Assembly (NCBI GenBank): GCA_002747435.1
Contig: PDPH01000052.1
Location: 4,416 to 68,415 of the forward strand
From: Pseudomonadota bacterium
Lineage (GTDB): Bacteria; Pseudomonadota; Gammaproteobacteria; Thiotrichales; Thiotrichaceae
Direction of reading: 5' to 3'
DNA length: 64,000 nucleotides
The position numbers and the translations under genes are program-made. This document shows, piece by piece, positions 1-7,992 of the stretch. The notes under the pieces are model-generated. The model was given only the letters and a program-made list of their open reading frames with translations, was not told where the DNA came from and did no database searches. How positions within the stretch are numbered: the first letter of the stretch is position 1; each line of letters begins with the position of its first letter.

Positions 1-806
1 TTGCCATTACGGGCTTTACGGCAAGCAATTGGTCACAAGCCTTGAACTTTGATTTATTACTGCCACGTCATGCTGAGCAGGCTGCTGAATTGCATACCGT
101 CACTCAATATTTAAATCAAGTGTATGTCGCCTCGCTGGCTGATATAAGCAAGGCAACAAGTTTAAGCCAAGCCACTTGTCGTGCGGCGCTGCAACAAGCT
201 TGTCAGCAAGGCTTAATCACCTACGATCCAGCGCGACAAGTCTATCGTTATCGCCCGCTCACGGCAGAACCTTTAGACATGGATCAATTCCAATTCCGCC
301 AACCTGAAGAAGCTTTGGCCTATGACTTATTAGAACGCCAAAAAGCCATTACTGAACTACACATGCAGTTGCTACCTCATGAAGGCGTGGAAATCAGTGC
401 TGAAATCAAAGTGAAGGAAGATCAACGCGAATATCTAAGCAAGTTGCGTCTCAATGAAGAAGGCCATGTCGCCCATGCAGCATGCAGTTGCCATAAAATA
501 ATGCAGCAAGGTTTAACCCAAGGCCCTTGTAGCCATTTGCTGGCCTTACGCCTCGCTTATGCCGCCAAACTAGCCAAGCGTGACCCAAGCCTGATTACGC
601 AAGAGACTCGCATTTTTACTCGTCGTAAAAATAGCCATCAGGACTTGATCCAAGTGACTTTAAATCATAAACGCCTGCTCATTCAACGCGACCTCCATCA
701 TCAGCCCAAACAACAACAGTTTGCATTTAATTCGGTGGCTAAAGCACGGCAAGCCTATTTGAGCCAGATTGCTCAACTGGAAATGATTGGATTTATTGAG
801 GGCTAA
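1..806 (+). CDS. Winged-helix + SWIM zinc-finger protein, 5' end outside the window (retron-accessory candidate)
   Basis: Frame 3 is open from the window edge, so the listed TTG at 42 need not be the start. There is a wHTH-like stretch (SLADISKATSLSQATCRAALQQACQQGLITYD). The SWIM signature CxC-x12-CxH is CSCHKIMQQGLTQGPCSH at nt 483-536. The stop lies 4 nt before the RT start codon. Confidence 0.75.
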   Translation, partial: AITGFTASNWSQALNFDLLLPRHAEQAAELHTVTQYLNQVYVASLADISKATSLSQATCRAALQQACQQGLITYDPARQVYRYRPLTAEPLDMDQFQFRQPEEALAYDLLERQKAITELHMQLLPHEGVEISAEIKVKEDQREYLSKLRLNEEGHVAHAACSCHKIMQQGLTQGPCSHLLALRLAYAAKLAKRDPSLITQETRIFTRRKNSHQDLIQVTLNHKRLLIQRDLHHQPKQQQFAFNSVAKARQAYLSQIAQLEMIGFIEG

Positions 807-810
807 GGGC

Positions 811-2097
811 ATGGCAAAGCAGACTAAACTGGAAAAACTGTGGACTGAGATTGAAAAAGCGGGTAGCCGTGATGCTTATATTCAAGAGCAATTACGCAAA
901 AACGGCTTTATGGTGCAACGACGTTCTACTGATAATTTATCCAAAAGCGAGCTAGAAAAATATAAACAAGAACTCAAAAAAGAAGCGGCTGAAAAACGTC
1001 GTCTACAACAAGCAGCCTGGGCAGCTTATAAAACGCAACATATTGTGCATTTAGGTGAGGGTATTTATTGGACGGATGACACCAGCGCTGATCAATGGGA
1101 TTTGGATAATGCCCACAAACGCCTATTAGCCAATCAATTGCCCCAGCTAACGCGCGTCAAGCATTTAAGCGATGCTTTAGGTTTATCCATTGCCGAACTG
1201 CGCTGGCTGTGTTACCAGCGTGATGCTGCACTCAAAACACATTATACTCGTTTTGAAATCCCCAAGCGCAGCGGCGGTGTACGAGCGATTTGGGCTCCTT
1301 TGCCCAAGCTCAAGCAAGCCCAACGCTGGATTTTAGATCATATTCTGGATCGCTTATTGGTACACGGTGCTGCGCATGGTTTTTTAATGGGGCGCTCGAT
1401 TGCCAGTAATGCAGCTGAGCATAGCGATAGCCAGATACTGGTGAAAATGGATATTGCAGACTTTTTTCCCAGCATCAGTTGGAAACGCATCAAAGGCGTA
1501 TTTCGTAAAGCGGGCTACCCTGAGCAAATTGCCACACTATTGGCTTTATTGTGTACTGAATCGCCGCGTGAGCAGGTCGAGCACAATGGTCAATCTTATT
1601 ATATTGCCATGGCAGATCGCTGCCTGCCCCAAGGCACGCCCACCAGTCCTGCGCTCACTAATGCCTTGTGCCTTAAACTGGATAGGCGTTTGGCGGGCTT
1701 TGCGAGTAAAACAGCTTGGCGTTATACCCGTTATGCGGATGACTTGACTTTCAGCTTTCCAAACCATAGCACCTCAAAAGCCAATATCAGTCAACTATTG
1801 GGCACAGTCAAACGCATCTTAGGCGATGAAGGTTTTAAGCTTAATAACAGCAAAACCCGCGTAATACGGCAAAATACCGTGCATGAAGTCACCGGACTTG
1901 TCGTCAATGGCACACAAGCCCCCCGCGTTAAACGTACACTCAAACGCCAATTACGTGCAGCTATTCATAACCTAAAACAAGGTAAACCCTTGCCGGAGGG
2001 CGAAAGTATACAACGCTTAAAAGGCTATGCCGCATACATTGCCATGACTGAGCGCGAACTGGGCTTGAAGATGCTGGCAGAGTTGGATAATGTTTAG
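811..2097 (+). CDS. Reverse transcriptase, retron-type, with a long N-terminal extension
   Basis: ATG at 811 is preceded by a GAGGG Shine-Dalgarno. RT motifs appear in order: NAAEH (nt 1408-1422), DIADFF, LPQGTPTSP, YADD (nt 1732-1743), NSKTRV, VTGLVVNG (nt 1888 onward). NAxxH and VTG are retron RT hallmarks. Confidence 0.9.
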   Translation: MAKQTKLEKLWTEIEKAGSRDAYIQEQLRKNGFMVQRRSTDNLSKSELEKYKQELKKEAAEKRRLQQAAWAAYKTQHIVHLGEGIYWTDDTSADQWDLDNAHKRLLANQLPQLTRVKHLSDALGLSIAELRWLCYQRDAALKTHYTRFEIPKRSGGVRAIWAPLPKLKQAQRWILDHILDRLLVHGAAHGFLMGRSIASNAAEHSDSQILVKMDIADFFPSISWKRIKGVFRKAGYPEQIATLLALLCTESPREQVEHNGQSYYIAMADRCLPQGTPTSPALTNALCLKLDRRLAGFASKTAWRYTRYADDLTFSFPNHSTSKANISQLLGTVKRILGDEGFKLNNSKTRVIRQNTVHEVTGLVVNGTQAPRVKRTLKRQLRAAIHNLKQGKPLPEGESIQRLKGYAAYIAMTERELGLKMLAELDNV

Positions 2098-2138
2098 AAC
2101 CCAGCGGGTTTGGCTTGCTTAGGAGCGGATGAGTACTG

Positions 2139-2525
2139 ATGAAATTCAGCGAAGAAGGTAAAAACACAGAGCAACGTATCCAAGCTTATGGTGAAGATTG
2201 GGTAAGGATCAATAATCAGCAACTGAATCAAGCTTGTATTGTCAGCCATAATCAGCTTTTAACAGATTGGAAGGTCACACATTTTAGTCAGCTTGAACCC
2301 GTACAGCTTAAAACCTTGCTGGATTGTGATGCAGATGTTTTTATTATTGGTACAGGCAAAAAACAACAATTACCTTCGCCGACTATTCATCGCGCTTTAA
2401 TTGAACAGGGTAAAGGCTTTGAAATCATGACTACGGCAGCGGCCTGTCGTACTTATAATGTTTTGCTAGGTGAAGGGCGCAAAGTGGCTTGCGCCCTGTT
2501 TTTTGATACTGGATTAGTTGCTTAA
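2139..2525 (+). CDS. Mth938-like (DUF498/NDUFAF3 family) protein
   Basis: 128 aa with the typical pattern ([13 protein letters not shown]...[19 protein letters not shown]). Its stop codon overlaps the stop of convergent rpoS (nt 2522-2525). Confidence 0.75.
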   Translation: MKFSEEGKNTEQRIQAYGEDWVRINNQQLNQACIVSHNQLLTDWKVTHFSQLEPVQLKTLLDCDADVFIIGTGKKQQLPSPTIHRALIEQGKGFEIMTTAAACRTYNVLLGEGRKVACALFFDTGLVA

Positions 2526-3544
2526 ATGCCCAATAGACTTTCGCAAGAAAAGCCTTGGTTTTCTAAAATACGCCGCAAACGCTTGAGCGCATCCATTTGA
2601 ATTTGGCGCACCCGCTCACGAGTCAAACCCAGCTCCGCACCGACTTGTTCTAAAGTGGCACGCTCATAACCATGTAGACCAAATCGGCGCACTATCACTT
2701 CTTTTTGTTTCTCTTCGAGTAAACCCAACCAGCTTTCTACAGAGTGCCCTACGTGCTCTTCTTCCAATACAGCCGCAGGCTCCTGATCTTCTTCCATCGG
2801 CACAAAGTCAACCAAAGGACTATCGCCCTCTTTACCGACTGGCATATCTAACGAAGAAATATACTCATTAAAGCTTAATAGACGGCGTACACTTTCTACT
2901 GATTTACCTAATGCGTCAGCGACTTCCGCCATACTAGGCTCACGTCCCAACTGCTGGGTCATTTCCCGCATTTTACGCATATAAGCATTCAGCTCTTTAT
3001 TGACATGAATCGGCAAACGGATAGTACGTGTCTGATTCATTAAGGCACGTTCAATATTTTGCCGAATCCACCAAGTGGCATAAGTGGAAAAACGAAAACC
3101 ACGCTCAGGGTCAAACTTCTCCACCGCATGGATCAAACCCAAATTACCTTCCTCAATCAAGTCTAACAAGGGCAAGCCGCGCCCCATATAACGACGGGCA
3201 ACCTTAACGACCAAGCGCAGATTACAAGTAATCATTTTTTTGCGACCATATTGATCGCCTGAACGCGCCAAACGGCCAAAGTAAATTTCTTCTTCTGAAC
3301 TTAGCAAAGGGGAAATTTCAATTTCGCGCAAGTAAAGATGGGTAGCGTCTCTATCCGCTTTCTGGGACAGAGCGTCAGCCCGCACCGCGACAGAAGCACC
3401 CGAATCAGGATACGCTTCTGCTGTTAAATTATCATTGGGCGCAAGATCAGTTTCATCAAATTTTTCGACCTCTAGTGCCAAGCTATCTTCGTCCAGCACA
3501 TAATCATTTTTTTTGAGGCTGACATGCGTCTGTAAGTTGTGCAT
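2522..3544 (-). CDS. rpoS: RNA polymerase sigma factor RpoS (sigma-38)
   Basis: Sigma-70 regions 1.2 to 4 are present: [68 protein letters not shown]. Size and acidic N-terminus fit RpoS. An AAGGAG SD sits 8 nt upstream of the ATG. Confidence 0.88.
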   Translation of the reverse strand: MHNLQTHVSLKKNDYVLDEDSLALEVEKFDETDLAPNDNLTAEAYPDSGASVAVRADALSQKADRDATHLYLREIEISPLLSSEEEIYFGRLARSGDQYGRKKMITCNLRLVVKVARRYMGRGLPLLDLIEEGNLGLIHAVEKFDPERGFRFSTYATWWIRQNIERALMNQTRTIRLPIHVNKELNAYMRKMREMTQQLGREPSMAEVADALGKSVESVRRLLSFNEYISSLDMPVGKEGDSPLVDFVPMEEDQEPAAVLEEEHVGHSVESWLGLLEEKQKEVIVRRFGLHGYERATLEQVGAELGLTRERVRQIQMDALKRLRRILENQGFSCESLLGI

Positions 3545-3794
3545 TGCATGACTCCTTCGTGAGTTTGCAACAGGAATTTATTCAATCCCGTTTAATCAAA
3601 TTTACGGAACTCAACTCCCCAAAAGTGACACTCGCCAATCGCGTTGTTATTTGCTGTTATTTAACGCCCAAAGTAACACAAACCAAGCAAACTGAAAAGA
3701 CCTTAACGAAAACTTAACAAAATTTTATCTCAATGATTTATAAGGATTTTTAAGGAAAAAGGCAAATATCAAGCAAATTAAACTGAATCTTGCC

Positions 3795-3824
3795 TTAACA
3801 AAAGCAGCCATTTTCCGGCTGCTT
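3795..3824 (-). terminator. Candidate intrinsic terminator (second, distal)
   Basis: Inverted repeat aagcagcc (3802-3809) / ggctgctt (3817-3824) with a 7-nt loop. On the minus strand it is followed by TTTTGTT. Confidence 0.45.
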
Positions 3825-3920
3825 GGCCTGCTGGTACTCGCCTCAAAATACCACCGAGCAGCAAGATGCCTTTATATAAAACCTGCTCAAAAGCCATTTC
3901 AGAAAATCACCAACTTCAAC

Positions 3921-3954
3921 GCAAAATGGCGAGGCATTCCTCATACCTCGCCAT
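3921..3954 (-). terminator. Intrinsic terminator of the ECF sigma/DUF3106 operon
   Basis: 9-bp GC-rich stem atggcgagg (3926-3934) / cctcgccat (3946-3954). It is followed on the minus strand by TTTTGC and lies about 55 nt after the DUF3106 stop. Confidence 0.6.
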
Positions 3955-4008
3955 GTTTATGCTTACATTTTAGCCACTTACGCGCTGATGAGCTGTTAGC
4001 TAATTTCG

Positions 4009-4488
4009 CTAATGTTTACCATATTGCTCCTCAAGACGCTGGATATAACGCTTTCGTTCAAGCTCATTCATCGTTGGCAAAACACGGTGCAATTCACGCT
4101 GCACCTGAGGGGGTAAACACTTTACCCAAGCTCGCCAACGTTTTAAGCGAATACGCTGCTCAATCGGCATATTTTTATAGCGCTCCAGCTTACGAATAAT
4201 CTTGCGTTGACGATCAGGTGGAATAGCTTGCCACTGCTTATGCCGTTCTCGGATCAATAAACGTTCATGATCCGTTAAGCGCGTCCAACGTAATAAAGTC
4301 TGCTTTTGCGTAGATGACAGGCGCGACCACTCTCGTTGATGCTTTTGTAAGATAGTACGTTGGGTATTTGTCAGATCCTCCCAAGCCAAATTGCTAGCCT
4401 GAACCCATCCTGCGACTAGTATTACACTCAAGAGACAGATCCGCCGGAAAAAATGCCTGACTCCGCGCCTCGGTAGACCGAGACTCAT
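4009..4488 (-). CDS. DUF3106-like secreted protein (last gene of the ECF operon)
   Basis: Signal-like N-terminus and repeated helical W/R/Q-rich units (QREWSRLSSTQKQTLLRW, RERHKQWQAIPPDRQRKI, RLKRWRAW). Its ATG overlaps the upstream stop (ATGA at 4485-4488). Confidence 0.65.
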   Translation of the reverse strand: MSLGLPRRGVRHFFRRICLLSVILVAGWVQASNLAWEDLTNTQRTILQKHQREWSRLSSTQKQTLLRWTRLTDHERLLIRERHKQWQAIPPDRQRKIIRKLERYKNMPIEQRIRLKRWRAWVKCLPPQVQRELHRVLPTMNELERKRYIQRLEEQYGKH

Positions 4489-4730
4489 TGCACCGTTCCT
4501 CCAGTCAGCTCGGTGCTTGGAGCCAGTCCCTGTTGATCAACCTGCGCAAAATTAATATCATCTTCAACAGATGGGTCTGCACCTATTTCTTCCCAGTACT
4601 GACCATAACTATCCCACCATTGCATCATACTGATGATATCATCCGCAGACTCATTCGCAACTACGACTATGGGTGTCATCCAGACCAGCATAGCCAAACA
4701 TAAACACCAATGGAATCCTTTCCGTTTCAT
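4485..4730 (-). CDS. Small acidic secreted protein, hypothetical
   Basis: 81 aa with an N-terminal signal peptide (MKRKGFHWCLCLAMLVWMTPIVVVA). It is translationally coupled to the downstream gene. Confidence 0.5.
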   Translation of the reverse strand: MKRKGFHWCLCLAMLVWMTPIVVVANESADDIISMMQWWDSYGQYWEEIGADPSVEDDINFAQVDQQGLAPSTELTGGTVQ

Positions 4731-4763
4731 GTGTATTACCTCAAATTGTAAGACTTGTTTTGC

Positions 4764-5192
4764 TTAGCTGGATTGCTCTGCTAACAAAACATAGACATCC
4801 AAGTTTTCCAGAAAATCCATATCTTCATTGGATAACAATACATCAATCATATCCAACTCACTACGGTTTTCCTGACTGACCTGTGTTGCACCTGTAAACG
4901 GCGTGGATATTGATTTGGACACCTGGCTCAACCACAGTATCGACATCACACCCACGACACAACAGACCACGGCAAACCCCTGAATGAGCCAGCGTTCCAA
5001 GCGCAAGTCTTTTAACTCTTTTATTTTAGGCTTGTTTAACTCGGCCTTTGCAGGTGTTGCATAATGCTTTAAAGCTTGTTGGCGCGCAGCTTGCAGACGT
5101 TCCGCTATAGCCGTGCTGATTTGTTCAGCTTGATGATTAAGCTGTTGACTTAAACGCTGCTGAAATACGGTTTTCTCCCGCCTGTTTTTCAT
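4764..5192 (-). CDS. DUF3619-like single-pass membrane protein (putative anti-sigma factor)
   Basis: One central TM helix (WLIQGFAVVCCVVGVMSILWL) and an acidic C-terminus (DMIDVLLSNEDMDFLENLDVYVLL). Its ATG overlaps the sigma gene stop (ATGA at 5189-5192). Confidence 0.6.
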   Translation of the reverse strand: MKNRREKTVFQQRLSQQLNHQAEQISTAIAERLQAARQQALKHYATPAKAELNKPKIKELKDLRLERWLIQGFAVVCCVVGVMSILWLSQVSKSISTPFTGATQVSQENRSELDMIDVLLSNEDMDFLENLDVYVLLAEQSS

Positions 5193-5788
5193 CGATAATC
5201 TCCCAACTTCTCCCGTAAACTATGAATAGCCCTAGAATAATGCGTCTTTACACTACCTTTGGAACACTGCATGATATCGGCAGTTTGGGCAATGTCGTAA
5301 CCTTCCCAAGCGCGTAAAATCAGAGCTTGTTGCTGACGCAAGGGCAAGTTAGCAATCAAATCAAGCAAGCGTTCACCCAGTATATCTAACTGCGCCTGTG
5401 CTTCCGGGTTGGGAAACAAAGTCTGCTCCACCCATTCTTCCGGCTCGGAAATATTGACCTTCTCGCCATCACTATTGCTCTGGAAACCATTCAGCCATAC
5501 ACGCCAACGGTTACGCACTTGGGTACGCCTATACCAATCATTAATTTTATTGTGCAAAATACTATTAAATAGCGCCCCCCACTCCGCTTGCGGGCGTTCA
5601 CTATACTTCTGCACTAGCGCAAGCATGGCGTCTTGCACAATATCCAGTGCTTCTTCCACATCCTGTGTTGCCATTCGGGCCGTCAGGAATGCACGCTTCT
5701 CGACTTCTTCCAGAAATCGGTTCATCAGTGCCGACGAATTCAGACCATAACTCCTTATGTTCTTCTGCTCCCTGTCAACGAACGGCAA
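5189..5788 (-). CDS. ECF-type RNA polymerase sigma-70 family factor
   Basis: Region 2 (ALDIVQDAMLALVQKY...HNKINDWYRR) and region 4 (LPLRQQQALILRAWEGYDIAQTADIMQCSKGSVKTHYSRAIHSLR). The exact start is uncertain: TTG at 5788, or an internal ATG 21 codons downstream. Confidence 0.85.
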   Translation of the reverse strand: MPFVDREQKNIRSYGLNSSALMNRFLEEVEKRAFLTARMATQDVEEALDIVQDAMLALVQKYSERPQAEWGALFNSILHNKINDWYRRTQVRNRWRVWLNGFQSNSDGEKVNISEPEEWVEQTLFPNPEAQAQLDILGERLLDLIANLPLRQQQALILRAWEGYDIAQTADIMQCSKGSVKTHYSRAIHSLREKLGDYR

Positions 5789-6182
5789 ATCCGTCTCGAA
5801 CCGGGCAGTCTGTTTACTCGGATAGCTTCCCTGAGTGAGACATTCCGACTCGTTACTAGCTAGAACGCCTCATTATTTTAAAGGTTGACACTTCGGCATC
5901 ATTTGATCATTTATGAAAAATAATCAGCAGCTCTACTTCTACCATGATTTTTTAAAAAATCAGACACATCTTTCACCATGCTTTAAAAAACGTCAACCTA
6001 AAGGCAATTTTTAATCAAATTCATTGCAGAAAAACAGATTTTCCCCAGCTTATTTTTGATTAAAAAAGATCACAGAACCATGACAGCATCATGACGACAG
6101 CGCAGTTTCGCTTTATCAGCCGGTACAGACTGTTATAAGCTAGCAAGCATAAACTCAGCATTATTTTCAGGAGAACAAAACC

Positions 6183-7034
6183 ATGCGCTGGAGATCAAGC
6201 AGACGCAGTAGCAATATCGAAGATCGCCGTAGTGTAGGCGGTACTTCAGCCAAAGTGGGGGGAGTTGGACTTATTCTGATGCTATTAGTTGCCTGGTTTA
6301 TGGGCGCAAGTCCTAGCCAATTGATTGGCATGGCAACTAACAACATGATGAGTGGTGGCGGTTCAAATCAGGGTACTCACCCAGCTTCCGCAGCAGAACA
6401 AGAAAGCGCAGAATTTGTTTCGGCGGTGGTAGCACAAACGGAAGATGTATGGAAGCCATTATTCCGCCAAGCTGGCCTAAACTACCGCGAACCCAAACTG
6501 GTGTTATTTTCAGATCAAGTACAGTCCGCTTGTGGTTTTGCTAGCGCGGCTTCAGGGCCGTTTTACTGCCCGGGCGATCAAAAAATCTATATTGACCTTG
6601 CTTTTTTTAATGAATTACGGCGCATGGGTGCTCCGGGCGAATTTGCACGCGCCTATGTCATCGGTCATGAGGTCGCCCACCATGTTCAAAAGCAACTAGG
6701 CATTTCCACCAAAGTCAGTCGTTTGCAGAGGCAGTCCAGCCAACGGGAATCTAATGCTTTGTCTGTACGATTAGAATTGCAGGCTGACTGTCTGGCGGGC
6801 GTATGGGCACACCACGCTCACCAGCAGTTTAATATCCTAGAGCAAGGCGACATAGAAAGTGGTCTACAAGCAGCCTCATCCATTGGCGATGATCGTCTGC
6901 AACGCGCTGCCGGTCGTCGTGTCAACCCAGATAGTTTTACTCACGGCACATCACAACAACGAGTGGAATGGTTCACAACAGGCTTGAAAACGGGTGATAT
7001 GAATCGTTGCGATACTTTTGGCGGAACTATTTAA
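6183..7034 (+). CDS. ypfJ: YpfJ-family neutral zinc metallopeptidase
   Basis: Characteristic N-terminus MRWRSSRRSSNIEDRR, a TM helix and an HExxH site (GHEVAHHV). An AGGAG SD is present. Confidence 0.85.
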   Translation: MRWRSSRRSSNIEDRRSVGGTSAKVGGVGLILMLLVAWFMGASPSQLIGMATNNMMSGGGSNQGTHPASAAEQESAEFVSAVVAQTEDVWKPLFRQAGLNYREPKLVLFSDQVQSACGFASAASGPFYCPGDQKIYIDLAFFNELRRMGAPGEFARAYVIGHEVAHHVQKQLGISTKVSRLQRQSSQRESNALSVRLELQADCLAGVWAHHAHQQFNILEQGDIESGLQAASSIGDDRLQRAAGRRVNPDSFTHGTSQQRVEWFTTGLKTGDMNRCDTFGGTI

Positions 7035-7204
7035 TTGTTGATTTTTTAGTTTTTAGCCTCACTGAAAGGCAGTCACTTTAAAAACGGCTGCCTTCTTGCC
7101 CGACAGACCTGTTAAGAAGCACTTGCCACACCGTCCTAAGCTGCTAGACTAGCCTGTCTTTTTGCCAGCTCGGTTAGAATAATCCATCCTCAAGCATAAA
7201 ATTT

Positions 7205-7984
7205 ATGTCGTCCTCAATTGTAGAAACGCTTATTGGCTACCTGAATACCATGCCTCCTGAAATGGTATGGGGTCTATTACTAATCACTTGCTTTACGACG
7301 GTTATTTTACTGGACAAGTTGTTTGGCTATGTCGGGCTGTATATCTACATTGCGGTTGCGATTATCAGCGCTAATATCCAGGTCTTAAAAGCCGTCAAAT
7401 TTTCCATCTATACCGATCCGGTTGCATTAGGCACTATCTTGTTTGCCTCGACTTATCTGGCAAGCGATATACTCAGCGAGAAATACGGTACAAAAATCGC
7501 TCGCCAAGCCATTTGGTTAGGTTTTTCAGCCTTTTTCCTATTTGCTGTATTAATGATTATTACGCTAGGATTCTCGCCTTTAACAGAACAACAAGCGGGC
7601 GAAGCCATGGCATGGGCACTGCCTTATCATGGGCATATTGCAGCATTGTTTACGCCACAAATGAATTTCTTGCTCGCCGGTATGTTGGCTTACCTTGTCA
7701 GCCAGATGAATGACATTTGGCTATTTGACAAACTGCGTCAGAAGACACAACGGCGTTATTTATGGCTACGTAATAATGTTTCTACACTGGTTTCGAGTTT
7801 TATCGACAATGTGGTATTTTCAGTATTTGCTTGGATTGTCTTGGCATCCGAACCACTGCCTTGGCAAACAGTTATTGTCACGTATATTTTAGGGACTTAC
7901 TGGTTGCGCCTGATTATCGCTGTTTTAGATACACCTTTTATTTACCTAGCTTGCACTGATGCACCTGTAACCGCCACGTCTTGA
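7205..7984 (+). CDS. yhhQ: Queuosine-precursor transporter, YhhQ/VUT (DUF165) family
   Basis: 259-aa polytopic membrane protein with family-typical segments (ASTYLASDILSEKYG, IDNVVFSVFAW). Confidence 0.8.
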   Translation: MSSSIVETLIGYLNTMPPEMVWGLLLITCFTTVILLDKLFGYVGLYIYIAVAIISANIQVLKAVKFSIYTDPVALGTILFASTYLASDILSEKYGTKIARQAIWLGFSAFFLFAVLMIITLGFSPLTEQQAGEAMAWALPYHGHIAALFTPQMNFLLAGMLAYLVSQMNDIWLFDKLRQKTQRRYLWLRNNVSTLVSSFIDNVVFSVFAWIVLASEPLPWQTVIVTYILGTYWLRLIIAVLDTPFIYLACTDAPVTATS

Positions 7985-7992
7985 GACCTTTT

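Noticed and set aside
1454-1767. Track ORFs 1454-1747(+) and 1546-1767(-) inside the RT gene
   Set aside because: These are shadow frames within a gene whose RT motifs are unambiguous in the other frame. Their composition is unlike real proteins (Arg/Ser/Cys-rich).
2098-2138. Looked for the retron msr/msd ncRNA downstream of the RT
   Set aside because: There are only 41 bp before the Mth938 gene, with one 5-bp hairpin (aaccc/gggtt). That is too short for an msr-msd with flanking inverted repeats, so it must lie outside the window if it exists.
7035-7204. preQ1 riboswitch upstream of yhhQ
   Set aside because: YhhQ genes are often preQ1-riboswitch controlled. I see no small P1 hairpin followed by the A-rich ...AAAAAACUA-type tail, only a weak hairpin (aaggcag/ctgcctt) and a gctag/ctagc mini-palindrome. 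A covariance-model scan (Rfam preQ1-I/II/III) would settle it.
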